In this document: in pieces, positions 20,293 through 29,275 of the stretch | Position numbering within the stretch: position 1 is the stretch's first letter | Layout of the letters: every line of letters starts with the position of its first letter | From: an uncultured Acetatifactor sp. | Lineage (GTDB): Bacteria; Bacillota; Clostridia; Lachnospirales; Lachnospiraceae | DNA length: 64,000 bases | Direction: 5' to 3' | Assembly: GCA_964524555.1 (NCBI GenBank) | Contig: CAZGGA010000008.1 | Coordinates: 31,607-95,606 of the forward strand | Program-made: the position numbers and the translations under genes | Notes under the pieces: generated by a model | The model's input: only the letters and a program-made list of their open reading frames with translations | Databases searched by the model: none | What the model was told of the DNA's origin: nothing

Positions 20293-21078
20293 CTATGCTT
20301 CCGACACAGCCTCTTTCATGCTCCGCACATATTCGTAAATCTGGGGGGCTGCATCCCTACCATGCTTTGCAATCAGCTTGACAATGGCACTGCCCACAAT
20401 GGCACCATCAGAAAGTCCCGCCATCTTTTTTGCCTGCTCCGGAGTGCTGATGCCGAAACCGATGGCACAGGGAACCTGCGATACGGTTCGAATACTTTCC
20501 ACTATAGCACCCAAGTCTGTCTTGATTTCACTTCGCACGCCTGTTACACCCATGGAGCTTACCACATAGATAAAGCCCTCTGCACTAGCGGCAATCTCCT
20601 GTATGCGGCTCTCGGAGGTTGGTGCAATCATAGAAATCAACGCCACATTATGGGCGGCTGCAGACACTGCTGCCTCTTCCTTTTCCTCATAAGGAAGGTC
20701 AGGAATGATAATGGCATCTATTCCTAGTTCTTCACATCTTTCAAAAAACCTGTCATACCCATAATGAAACACCGGATTTACATAAGTCATAAATGCAAGG
20801 GGAATTTGTGATTGTTCCCTTACCCTTCGCACAATTTCAAATGCGCCGTCCGTGGTCATGCCGCCCTTCAAGGCCCTGATACTTGCCTCTTGAATCACCA
20901 CGCCCTCTGCGGTCGGGTCTGAAAAAGGAATGCCTATTTCTACCAAATCTGCTCCTGCTTTTTCCATTTCCAAAATAAATTTTACCGTACTGTCAGCATC
21001 CGGGTCTCCTGCCGTAAGAAAAGCGATAAACGCCTTTTTATTTGGTGTATCAAATACTTTGCTTAATTTGTTAGTCAT
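20293..21078 (-). CDS. trpA: Tryptophan synthase alpha chain
   Basis: The track ORF extends to 21396, but the TrpA-like sequence starts at [10 protein letters not shown] (ATG 21078), overlapping the trpB stop by 8 nt. The upstream extension lies inside trpB. Confidence 0.9.
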   Translation of the reverse strand: MTNKLSKVFDTPNKKAFIAFLTAGDPDADSTVKFILEMEKAGADLVEIGIPFSDPTAEGVVIQEASIRALKGGMTTDGAFEIVRRVREQSQIPLAFMTYVNPVFHYGYDRFFERCEELGIDAIIIPDLPYEEKEEAAVSAAAHNVALISMIAPTSESRIQEIAASAEGFIYVVSSMGVTGVRSEIKTDLGAIVESIRTVSQVPCAIGFGISTPEQAKKMAGLSDGAIVGSAIVKLIAKHGRDAAPQIYEYVRSMKEAVSEA

Positions 21079-22255
21079 GGATATCCACCCCCCTGTATCT
21101 TGCAATCGCTGCCACATCTTTGTCGCCTCTTCCGGATACGCATATGATAATGCTCTGGTCCGAACTGTAATTTTTCGCAATCTTCTTCGCCTGAGCAATG
21201 GCGTGGGCACTCTCGATTGCCGGAATGATGCCTTCCATTCTGGACAGATACTCAAAAGCTTCCACTGCTTCCTCATCTGTAATCGGCACATATTTTGCCC
21301 TGCCGATATCATGAAGATATGCATGCTCCGGTCCGATTCCGGGATAATCCAGACCTGCAGAAATGGAGTAAACTGGTGCAATCTGACCGTATTCATCCTG
21401 ACAGAAATAGGATTTCATACCATGGAAGATACCAATGCTTCCTTTTGCTATGGTTGCTGCATGCAATTCAGTATCTACGCCTTTTCCCGCCGCTTCGCAG
21501 CCAATTAACTCCACATCCTTATCCTCAATAAAATGATAAAACATCCCCATGGAATTGCTGCCGCCGCCAACACAGGCAATCACGGCTGCGGGAAGCTTGC
21601 CTTCTGCTGCAAGTATCTGCTGTTTTGCCTCCCTGCTGATGACACTTTGGAAATCACGCACAATCATGGGAAAAGGATGGGGACCCATAACAGACCCCAG
21701 GCAGTAATGGGTGTCAGATACCCTGTTGCTCCACTCTCTCATGGCATCATTCACTGCATCCTTTAAGGTCTGGGTTCCTGTGGTCACTGCATTTACCTTT
21801 GCTCCCAGAAGCTCCATGCGATATACATTAAGCGCCTGTCTGTCCGTATCTTCCTTGCCCATGAATACCTCACATTCCATGTCAAGGAGCGCTGCTGCCG
21901 TAGCCGTAGCCACACCATGCTGTCCTGCGCCGGTTTCTGCAATCAGCCGGGTCTTTCCCATTTTCTTTGCCAAAAGCGCCTGACCCAGCACATTATTAAT
22001 TTTGTGGGAGCCCGTATGATTCAAGTCCTCCCTCTTTAAATAAATCTTTGCTCCGCCTAAATCCTTTGTCATCTTCTCCGCATAATACAAGCGGGATGGT
22101 CTGCCTCCATATTCATTTAACAGCTTGGTCAGCTCCTCATTAAATTCGGGGTCTTCTTTATAATGCTCATAAGCCTCTTCTAGTTTAATCAACTCATTCA
22201 TCAAAGTCTCAGAAATATACTGTCCTCCGTGAATTCCATAACGTCCTTTACTCAT
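21071..22255 (-). CDS. trpB: Tryptophan synthase beta chain
   Basis: 394 aa. PLP-lysine region HTGSHKINN and full-length TrpB similarity. Confidence 0.95.
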   Translation of the reverse strand: MSKGRYGIHGGQYISETLMNELIKLEEAYEHYKEDPEFNEELTKLLNEYGGRPSRLYYAEKMTKDLGGAKIYLKREDLNHTGSHKINNVLGQALLAKKMGKTRLIAETGAGQHGVATATAAALLDMECEVFMGKEDTDRQALNVYRMELLGAKVNAVTTGTQTLKDAVNDAMREWSNRVSDTHYCLGSVMGPHPFPMIVRDFQSVISREAKQQILAAEGKLPAAVIACVGGGSNSMGMFYHFIEDKDVELIGCEAAGKGVDTELHAATIAKGSIGIFHGMKSYFCQDEYGQIAPVYSISAGLDYPGIGPEHAYLHDIGRAKYVPITDEEAVEAFEYLSRMEGIIPAIESAHAIAQAKKIAKNYSSDQSIIICVSGRGDKDVAAIARYRGVDIHD

Positions 22256-22299
22256 CCTATTAATCCTTTCTTATGAATGCTCCTTTTTAACATTTTCTT

Positions 22300-22908
22300 T
22301 TATTTCATTTCATCAGACAGGCTTCGTATTAACTGAACCGCCGCCTTTATCTTGTCAAAATCCTTCACCTTGTCTGTCTCCACGCCTGAACTGAAATCAA
22401 AGCCATAGGGCTGTAATTTTGCTGCTGCCGGAATATTTCCCTCTCTCAGTCCGCCGGCCAAAAAGAATTCTCTGTCAATGCCTTCTAGTAAGCTCCAATC
22501 AAAGGTCTTGCCAGAACCTGCACCGCTGTCAAACAACAGATAATCCGCTGCAGAATCCAGCCATGCCTCCACTTCAAAGCGATCATGCACCTTTACTCCC
22601 TTGATAACCGGCTTTCCCGTGACTGCTTTGACATACAGAATATCCTCCTCTGTTTCATCCCCATGAAGCTGTGCCATATCTATAACATTTTCCTGAAGGA
22701 ATGAAATGACTTCCTCCATGGGTGCGTTTAAAAATACGCCAACCACCTGAATGCCTTCCTTTAAGTTTTCCCTCAGCGCCTTTGCCTGCTTTTTTGTTAC
22801 ATAGCGATGGCTTTTTTCATAAAAGACAAATCCAATATAGTCGGGCTGTACCTGATTTACATACTCAATATCTTCTGGGCGGAATAAACCGCAAATTTTT
22901 ATTTTAAT
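22300..22908 (-). CDS. trpF: Phosphoribosylanthranilate isomerase; start inferred at a non-canonical ATT codon
   Basis: The track ORF (22300..22746) lacks the N-terminal third of TrpF. The same frame reads (I)KIKICGLFRPEDIEYVNQVQPDYIGFVFYEKSHRYV upstream with no ATG, GTG or TTG. GGAGG at 22920..22916 lies 7 nt before the ATT at 22908. Confidence 0.75.
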   Translation of the reverse strand: MKIKICGLFRPEDIEYVNQVQPDYIGFVFYEKSHRYVTKKQAKALRENLKEGIQVVGVFLNAPMEEVISFLQENVIDMAQLHGDETEEDILYVKAVTGKPVIKGVKVHDRFEVEAWLDSAADYLLFDSGAGSGKTFDWSLLEGIDREFFLAGGLREGNIPAAAKLQPYGFDFSSGVETDKVKDFDKIKAAVQLIRSLSDEMK

Positions 22909-22953
22909 ATGGATACCTCCCCTCTTGACTTGACATGAATTCCACTTTGCATT

Positions 22954-23748
22954 TTAGCAAATCTCTTGCTCCCTTCCTGCAAGCTCCTGCAACATATGTG
23001 CCTTGTCAGGACTTCGCATCAGAGTTTCCCCAATCAACACCCCATTGGTGCCGTTCTCTTCCAGCTTAATGATATCCTCTCTGGTCTTCATGCCACTCTC
23101 CGATACAAACAGGATGTCTGGCGGTACTAATTTCCGCAGTCTGGCGGAGTTGTTGATATCCACACAAAAATCTTTCAGATTGCGATTGTTTGCCCCGATA
23201 ATTCGTGCTCCGGCAGCTTTTGCCATCTCTACCTCACTCTCATCATGGACCTCAACAAGGGCGGAAAGCCCCAATTCATTTGCTATACCTGCATATTCCT
23301 CCAATTGACTCTGGGACAGGATGGAGCAGATAAGCAAAATAGCATCCGCACCGATTACCTTTGCCTCATAAATCATATAGGAATCTACGGTAAAATCCTT
23401 TCGCAAAAGAGGAATTCCCACCTCCTTTTTGATGGCAGTCAGGTAATCATTATTTCCTTGGAAATAAAAGGGTTCTGTCAGCACCGATATGGCATCTGCC
23501 CCTGCCTTTTCATATTCCTTTGCAATCTCCACATAAGGAAAATGCTCTGCAATAACTCCCTTGGAGGGAGATGCTTTCTTGACTTCACAGATAAAGCTCA
23601 TTCCCTCTTTTGCAAGAGCTTTCTCAAAGGGAAATCCCGTATGCAACTCACAGGCATAAGCCTGCGCCCTTATCTTCTCCAAGGATTTTTGAATCTTTTG
23701 CGCTTCTATCCGCTTTTGAGTTGCTGCTGCAATCTCATCCAAAATCAT
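22954..23748 (-). CDS. trpC: Indole-3-glycerol-phosphate synthase
   Basis: 264 aa. IAEVKKASPSKG-type motif (ICEVKKASPSKG) and TIM-barrel TrpC signature. Confidence 0.9.
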   Translation of the reverse strand: MILDEIAAATQKRIEAQKIQKSLEKIRAQAYACELHTGFPFEKALAKEGMSFICEVKKASPSKGVIAEHFPYVEIAKEYEKAGADAISVLTEPFYFQGNNDYLTAIKKEVGIPLLRKDFTVDSYMIYEAKVIGADAILLICSILSQSQLEEYAGIANELGLSALVEVHDESEVEMAKAAGARIIGANNRNLKDFCVDINNSARLRKLVPPDILFVSESGMKTREDIIKLEENGTNGVLIGETLMRSPDKAHMLQELAGREQEIC

Positions 23749-23796
23749 ATGCGCTGCTCCTTTCTCTGTTTTATCAAATTGATTGCGAAACTCAGT

Positions 23797-25398
23797 TCAT
23801 TGATTACTGCACTCCACAAACTGCTCCATTTTCTCTAACGCCTTCCCGCTGTCAATGGTCTCTTGCGCCAACTTTACGCCATCTGCAATGCTTGCTGCCT
23901 TGCCTGCCACATAGAGCGCTGCGCCTGCATTTAAAACTGCTGCATCCCGCTTAGCGCCTTTTTCACCTTTAAGGATTGCCTTGGTGATTTCTGCATTTTC
24001 CTGGGGCGTACCACCTAGTAAATCAGTTTTTGCACATCGGGAAAGGCCAAATTCCTCCGGCGTAATGACATACTTTTTAAAATTGCCATTGTCAATCTCA
24101 CAGACACTAGTGGGGGCACTAGCAGAAATCTCATCCAGCTTATCCTGTCCATAAACCACCATACCACGTCTCACACCCAAGTTGGAAAGCACTTTTGCCA
24201 TGGGTTCCAGCATACTTTCTTCATAAACTCCCATAATCTGCAAAGAAGGATTGGCAGGATTTGCCAGAGGTCCCAAGATATTGAAAATCGTGCGGATTCC
24301 CAACTCTTTGCGGATGGGTCCTACAAATCTCATTGCAGTGTGATATTTTTGTGCAAAAAGGAAGCAAATCCCTGCCTGCTTGAGCACCTTTTCATTCTTT
24401 TCAGGCTCTAGTGCAATATCCACTCCCAAGTTCTCCAGACAATCAGCTGCCCCAGACTTTGAACTTGCTGCACGGTTTCCATGCTTTGTAACCGGAACGC
24501 CTGCCGCTGCAATAATCAGGGAAGCCGTAGTGGAAATATTGAAGGAATTGGAACCATCTCCGCCTGTTCCCACAATTTCCAACGTCTCTTCATCGGTATT
24601 CAATTTAAGTCCATGACTTCTCATAACTTCCGCCGAACCTGTGATTTCTTCAATTGTTTCTCCCTTCATTGCAAGAGCTGTCAGATAAGCGCTCTTCTGC
24701 ACATCATCCGCCTCTCCGCTCATAATCTCATTCATAACATCCTTTGCCATCTCATAACCAATATCTTCTCTTTTAACTAGTTTTTGGATTGCTTCACTGA
24801 TAACCATTTTTTTCTTCTCCTTTTGTAAATTTTGTATTTTTAAAAAGTTCTCCATAATCTTTTTACCTTCCGGTGTCAACACGGATTCCGGATGGAACTG
24901 CACGCCATATACCGGAAGTTCTCTGTGTTCCACCGCCATGATTTCTCCGTCCTTTGTGGCAGCAGTAACTGACAGCTCTTTTGGCATACTATCCGAAGCG
25001 GCTGCCAGGGAATGATATCTTGCCACTGTGATTTCCCTGTCCATCCCTTTAAATAAAGCACTCTCCGTATCCAACACTGCCACGGACTGTTTCCCGTGCA
25101 TCAATTGACTTGCATAAGTGACGGTAGCTCCAAATACCTCACAGATTGCCTGATGTCCCAGACAGATTCCTAAAATGGGGATCTTTCCTGCATAATATTT
25201 TACTACCTCTTCGCAGATGCCTGCATCCACAGGTCTGCCGGGTCCCGGCGACAAAATAATATGGGAAGGCGCAAGTGCCTCAATCTGTGCTATGGTCATC
25301 TCATCATTTCTGATTACCCTGATATCGGGATTTACAGAACCCACAAGCTGATACACATTGTAGGAAAAACTGTCATAATTATCAATCAAAAGTATCAT
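23797..25398 (-). CDS. trpGD: Fused anthranilate synthase component II (glutamine amidotransferase) and anthranilate phosphoribosyltransferase
   Basis: The N-terminal half has the GATase catalytic triad (GICLGHQ, HPES). The C-terminal half has TrpD motifs (GTGGDG, KHGNRA). The start MILLIDNYDSF at 25398 forms an ATGA overlap with the trpE stop. Confidence 0.9.
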   Translation of the reverse strand: MILLIDNYDSFSYNVYQLVGSVNPDIRVIRNDEMTIAQIEALAPSHIILSPGPGRPVDAGICEEVVKYYAGKIPILGICLGHQAICEVFGATVTYASQLMHGKQSVAVLDTESALFKGMDREITVARYHSLAAASDSMPKELSVTAATKDGEIMAVEHRELPVYGVQFHPESVLTPEGKKIMENFLKIQNLQKEKKKMVISEAIQKLVKREDIGYEMAKDVMNEIMSGEADDVQKSAYLTALAMKGETIEEITGSAEVMRSHGLKLNTDEETLEIVGTGGDGSNSFNISTTASLIIAAAGVPVTKHGNRAASSKSGAADCLENLGVDIALEPEKNEKVLKQAGICFLFAQKYHTAMRFVGPIRKELGIRTIFNILGPLANPANPSLQIMGVYEESMLEPMAKVLSNLGVRRGMVVYGQDKLDEISASAPTSVCEIDNGNFKKYVITPEEFGLSRCAKTDLLGGTPQENAEITKAILKGEKGAKRDAAVLNAGAALYVAGKAASIADGVKLAQETIDSGKALEKMEQFVECSNQ

Positions 25399-26879
25399 TC
25401 TTCCAAGCCCTCCTGCGCTAAATTGATTGCCGTCATTACTGCGGCTGCTTTTTGGATGCACTCCTTATATTCCCGTTCAGGAACGCTGTCCGCCACAATG
25501 CCTGCCCCGGAACGGATGAATACCTTGCCGTTTTTGGAGAAGGCAAGCCGGATTGCAATGCAGACATCCAGATTTCCCGTAAAGGACAAATAGCCGATAG
25601 CTCCTCCATAGATGCCGCGTTTATTATTTTCTAGTTCATTGATGATTTCACAGGCCCGTAACTTCGGCGCCCCAGAAAGAGTTCCTGCGGGAAGTATGGC
25701 ATCTACCGCATCCAAAGCATCTCTGTCCTCTCTGATACTTCCCACCACGGTGGAACCAATGTGCATCACATGAGAATACCTTTCTATGGACATATATTTT
25801 TCTACCTTCACACTTCCAATCTGGCTGATTTTGCCAATGTCATTTCTTCCCAAATCCACCAGCATATTATGCTCTGCCCGTTCTTTTTCATCTGCCAGAA
25901 GCTCCGCTTCCAATGCCAAATCCTCTTCCTCCGTAGCCCCTCTGGGTCTTGTTCCCGCCAAAGGAAAGGTGTGGAGTGTACCCTGTTCCAGCTTTACCAA
26001 AGTTTCAGGGCTTGCACCTGTGATTTCTCCGTCAGCCCCCGAAAAGTAAAACATATAGGGTGAAGGATTGGTGGTTCGAAGCACTCTGTAGGCATCAAGC
26101 AGGCTTCCTTCCATGGGCGCCTCCAGACGATTGGACAGCACCACCTGAAAAATATCCCCTTCTTTAATGTAATGTTTCGCCTTATCCACCATTTCACAAT
26201 ATTCGCTTTGATTAAACAGAGGTGTAAATTCCGCCTTTAGCTTTAAGGGGATGTGAGGCGCCTTCTCTCCCTTCCCCAGCAAAAGCTTCATATTCTCCAA
26301 TTCCAAAACCGCTTTGTGATAATTTTCCTCCAAGTCATCTGTTTTTACATTGACAATCAAAATAATCTTTTGTCTGTAATTATCAAAAGCAATGACTTTA
26401 TGAAACAGCATCAGATTCACATCCTGAAACCCTTCCTCATCCTTTGCATCCAGCTTTAGGGTGGGCTCGCTGTACTTGATATAATCATAGGAAAAATATC
26501 CCACCAAACCGCCGGTAAAAGAAGGCAGATGCTCAAACTTTGGACTTTTGTTCTCCTTTATGATATTCCTGATATAGCTGCGCACATCCTCTTTTACAGT
26601 TCCGGAAGTCATTGTAGATTTTACAGTGGTTTCTCCATTGTAACAGGTAATTTCCAATATAGGGTCATATCCAAGGAAAGAATATCTGCCCCATTTTTTG
26701 TCCGCCTCCGCACTTTCCAGCAAATAAACATGGCGGCTTACATTTTTTAAGATACGAAGTACCTCAATGGGGGTTACTGCATCTGCATAAAGCTCCGTAC
26801 TGATGGGAATCACCCCATAAGAATCAGATGCTGCTATTTTTTTACACTCTTCCAAATCAGGTTTGATTTTCATATTCAT
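25395..26879 (-). CDS. trpE: Anthranilate synthase component I
   Basis: 494 aa, chorismate-binding family (GAIGYLSFTGNLD, RGIYGG). Confidence 0.9.
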   Translation of the reverse strand: MNMKIKPDLEECKKIAASDSYGVIPISTELYADAVTPIEVLRILKNVSRHVYLLESAEADKKWGRYSFLGYDPILEITCYNGETTVKSTMTSGTVKEDVRSYIRNIIKENKSPKFEHLPSFTGGLVGYFSYDYIKYSEPTLKLDAKDEEGFQDVNLMLFHKVIAFDNYRQKIILIVNVKTDDLEENYHKAVLELENMKLLLGKGEKAPHIPLKLKAEFTPLFNQSEYCEMVDKAKHYIKEGDIFQVVLSNRLEAPMEGSLLDAYRVLRTTNPSPYMFYFSGADGEITGASPETLVKLEQGTLHTFPLAGTRPRGATEEEDLALEAELLADEKERAEHNMLVDLGRNDIGKISQIGSVKVEKYMSIERYSHVMHIGSTVVGSIREDRDALDAVDAILPAGTLSGAPKLRACEIINELENNKRGIYGGAIGYLSFTGNLDVCIAIRLAFSKNGKVFIRSGAGIVADSVPEREYKECIQKAAAVMTAINLAQEGLEE

Positions 26880-26927
26880 TCCTCCTCATTTTTCATCATG
26901 ATTGACGCTTCCCTGCATCACAACCAT

Positions 26928-26971
26928 AAAAAATCCCATCCTGACAGATTAATTACTGTCAAGGACGGGAT
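26928..26971 (-). terminator. Intrinsic terminator of the T-box leader
   Basis: Minus-strand RNA UCCCGUCCUUGACAG-uaauuaau-CUGUCAGGAUGGGA followed by U6. The single non-Watson-Crick pair is G.U only on the minus-strand transcript. Confidence 0.8.
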
Positions 26972-27221
26972 GCAAATTCAATCATCTCGCGGTGCCACCT
27001 TGCTTCACGCTTACTGCGTGCTCTTATAGGATACCAACATATCCCCGGCAACTGACGTATGCCTTACGTCGCAGAATACTAAGTATAATAACTGTTCCCT
27101 GCGCCCTCCGTGGTCCATTTGCCAGCCTGCTTTCCTGACCTTTCTCAGCCTCCGGTCTCTCTGTAAGTGCATATACTGACGTTATCTCCACATCTACGGT
27201 TTCGTGTTCACTTATTTAGTT
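26928..27221 (-). promoter_or_regulatory. T-box leader (tRNA-Trp responsive) of the trp operon
   Basis: Minus-strand AAGGUGGCACCGCGAG (26986..27000) matches the conserved T-box sequence. There is an AGAGAG motif near the 5-prime end, and a candidate specifier in the context AAA-UGG-A (UGG = complement of 27115..27117). The terminator lies 3-prime. UGGC would pair with a G73-CCA acceptor end. Confidence 0.8.
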
Positions 27222-27227
27222 TTTTAT

Positions 27228-27256
27228 ATCATATACCTCAATAAATAAACTGTCAA
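27228..27256 (-). promoter_or_regulatory. Sigma-A-type promoter of the trp operon leader
   Basis: On the minus strand: TTGACA (27256..27251), 17-nt spacer, TATGAT (27233..27228). Confidence 0.6.
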
Positions 27257-27291
27257 GGGAATTGTGATATTTTTTTGCAGAATTTTTGCAG

Positions 27292-27345
27292 AACATAGGG
27301 TATGATCATTATGATAATGGCATCTCTTAGGGTATCATATTACAG
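27292..27345 (-). pseudogene. Relic fragment (~50 nt) of an Rpn/YhgA-like nuclease gene
   Basis: catagggtatgatcattatgataatggcatctcttagggtatcata closely resembles 27836..27888 inside the intact Rpn gene. The reverse strand translates to YDTLRDAIIIMIIPY, against DYDTLKDVIIIMIMPY in the gene, and is bounded by stop codons. Confidence 0.5.
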
Positions 27346-27368
27346 AGTTTCCAAAAGCTGGATATCCT

Positions 27369-28325
27369 TTAAGTGTGCTCTGCCGGCGCTCCCATGCCTT
27401 TTACCTGTGCAAGTTCTTCTTTCAGCTTTGCGATTTCCTCCGCCTGCCTTGCGTTTTCTTCCGCCTGCTTTGTGTTTTCTTCCGTCAGTTCTGTGATTTC
27501 CTGCGCCTGCTTTGTAATTTCCTCAGTCAATTTTGCGTTTTCTCTCTCCATTTTTATAATGTCTTCTACCATCTGTATGTGCATTTCTGCCACCTCCGGG
27601 TCTTCCTTCACAGTCTCCACCATTCTGTGGATTTCACGCAATTCCTTGTTCACGGCATTCTCATAGGTCGTATCTTCCATGTAGTGCAGCAGCTGCCTCA
27701 CTGCCTCATTGGGAATTCCCACCGTCCCTCTCGTATACAGAAACAGGGTACTTGCCCCGTCCTCGTATTCCATCTCCGGTACTTCCACACATTTGTTTTT
27801 CACGGTGTATACCATGCGGTTCAGCCCGAAGGGGTCATAGGGCATAATCATTATGATGATGACATCTTTCAGGGTATCATAGTCTGCTCCTGAATTTAGG
27901 CTTCTGGCAGCAATCTTTCCGTGATAGAAACGAACCCTGCGGGGCAGCGCCCTAATATCGGCAGGACTGCCTTTCCGGTCAGGCTCTATATCATAGACTG
28001 TGACCCGCTCTTCCACATCCGCCCTGGCATCCGGCTCCATATACACATCTAGTCTGGCACCATGCAGCTTGGTATCTGCGCCATAAAATACTTTCTGTGC
28101 TGTGACAGACAGGTGCTTAAACTCCCTGCCGAAAATAGTCTTCAGCAGGCTTCTTACAAATCGTTCCCCGATTTCCGGATAAGACACCACTGAACCAAAC
28201 AGAAAATCATCCAAAAGGTTCATCTCCGCCAGAGTTTTGATTTGTGCAGCCTGCTCCCCGACAGCTGCTTTTTCTGCAGTCTGTTCCATGGAATGCTCCC
28301 ATCTCATTACATCACTTTCTTTCAT
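27369..28325 (-). CDS. Rpn/YhgA-like PD-(D/E)XK recombination-promoting nuclease (putative transposase family) with a C-terminal heptad-repeat coiled coil
   Basis: LLDDFLFGSV...HGARLDVYME...VYDIEPD...RRVRFYHGKI pattern of the family. The ATG at 28325 (MKESDV) has AAGGAG 6 nt upstream; the track ORF starts further upstream, at 28424. Confidence 0.75.
   Translation of the reverse strand: MKESDVMRWEHSMEQTAEKAAVGEQAAQIKTLAEMNLLDDFLFGSVVSYPEIGERFVRSLLKTIFGREFKHLSVTAQKVFYGADTKLHGARLDVYMEPDARADVEERVTVYDIEPDRKGSPADIRALPRRVRFYHGKIAARSLNSGADYDTLKDVIIIMIMPYDPFGLNRMVYTVKNKCVEVPEMEYEDGASTLFLYTRGTVGIPNEAVRQLLHYMEDTTYENAVNKELREIHRMVETVKEDPEVAEMHIQMVEDIIKMERENAKLTEEITKQAQEITELTEENTKQAEENARQAEEIAKLKEELAQVKGMGAPAEHT
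27409..27555 (-). repeat. Seven tandem 21-bp (heptad-coding) repeats inside the Rpn-like gene
   Basis: Units start at 27409, 27430, 27451, 27472, 27493, 27514 and 27535, for example gcgatttcctccgcctgcctt then gcgttttcttccgcctgcttt. They encode ...ENAKLTE EITKQAQ EITELTE ENTKQAE ENARQAE EIAKLKE... Confidence 0.85.
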
Positions 28326-28488
28326 ACAGTTCTCCTTCCGTATCCAGCGGAAAGAAGAAACTGTATGACAACCTGTAAAAACAGCCCTTTTATCACACCA
28401 TTCCCTGCAATCCGCCATATTCATTTGTTATATAGGGATTGTCAGCCGAAATGGTTTGAAATGTTAGATGCTTCCCTAGATATTTGTA

Positions 28489-28517
28489 ATATTAACATAT
28501 AATGTGCGAGATGTCAA
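28489..28517 (-). promoter_or_regulatory. Candidate sigma-A promoter for the Rpn-like gene (would give a ~160-nt 5-prime UTR)
   Basis: On the minus strand: TTGACA (28517..28512), 17-nt spacer, TAATAT (28494..28489). Confidence 0.35.
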
Positions 28518-28642
28518 ACAGAAATTGCCATTTTGGTACCACTGAAATCACTAATTAAAAAATGATAGGCAGGAACCCAATTTCTTTTTTCATCCCCATC
28601 AACAGTTTTCTCTAATAGTATTTGTACTTCATCAGTACTGAT

Positions 28643-29275
28643 TTATGGGGAAGTATAGAATTCATGTCCACCATGGGCAAAAAGAAAGGACAGATGATTA
28701 TCAAACCAGCTCATAGTGCTGCTGTCGGCATACTGCCTTGCGGCAAAGTACAACGCTCCCTGAGAAATATCCTCACCCTCAAGCGCCCTTTCCACCGCCT
28801 GACAGGTCTCCTGACTGACCTTTACACGATAGTAGTTTCCATCCGCCACGGGGGAGAATTGATAAACCCCCTGTTCTTCCTGAAACACCACCTCTCTCAC
28901 GGTATTGGGAAAATGCTTGTCTTCCACTCTGTTTAGCACTACATTTGCCACCAACAGCTTACCTTCCTCATCCTCTGAGCCTGCTTCCGCTTCCACGATA
29001 CGGCAGAGGGTCTCCTTGTCCGACTCGTTCAGTTCTATTACGCTTTCTTTTACTAGTACCTCATAATCCACCACACGCTGTCCTGATGCCGCAGTCTTCA
29101 AAATCCCTATCAAACTGTTATTTTGGTCTGCTGCCAGGGTCTCGTCCATCTTTACCTCACAGACAGGCGCTGCCGTCACAGTCAGTCTGTCCTCCTGCAT
29201 ATTCCTGATTCCCCAGAAACTGCATAAGCATAAAAAGTTAGCCGCTGCCAATACTGTCATTGCTTTTTTATACAT
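28643..29275 (-). CDS. SleB/CwlJ-family (Hydrolase_2) cell-wall hydrolase with an N-terminal signal/anchor
   Basis: LCRIVEAEAGSEDEEGKLLVANVVLNRV...FPNTV..VV.Q..QF... block typical of spore-cortex-lytic-type hydrolases. Confidence 0.8.
   Translation of the reverse strand: MYKKAMTVLAAANFLCLCSFWGIRNMQEDRLTVTAAPVCEVKMDETLAADQNNSLIGILKTAASGQRVVDYEVLVKESVIELNESDKETLCRIVEAEAGSEDEEGKLLVANVVLNRVEDKHFPNTVREVVFQEEQGVYQFSPVADGNYYRVKVSQETCQAVERALEGEDISQGALYFAARQYADSSTMSWFDNHLSFLFAHGGHEFYTSP

Noticed and set aside
21079-21396. A 106-codon N-terminal extension of the trpA ORF given in the ORF track.
   Set aside because: The extension lies inside trpB in another frame and has no TrpA similarity. The TrpA sequence begins at the ATG at 21078, with the usual short overlap with the trpB stop.
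27409-27555. A regular short-period repeat array that could be mistaken for a CRISPR array.
   Set aside because: The period is 21 nt with no spacers, the units are diverged copies of each other, and the array is in frame inside a coding sequence (heptad coiled coil). No cas genes are present.
28326-28424. A 33-codon N-terminal extension of the Rpn-like ORF (MNMADCREWCDK...).
   Set aside because: It has no SD and is Cys/Trp-rich non-family sequence. The ATG at 28325 has a strong AAGGAG and begins just before the conserved N-terminal region.
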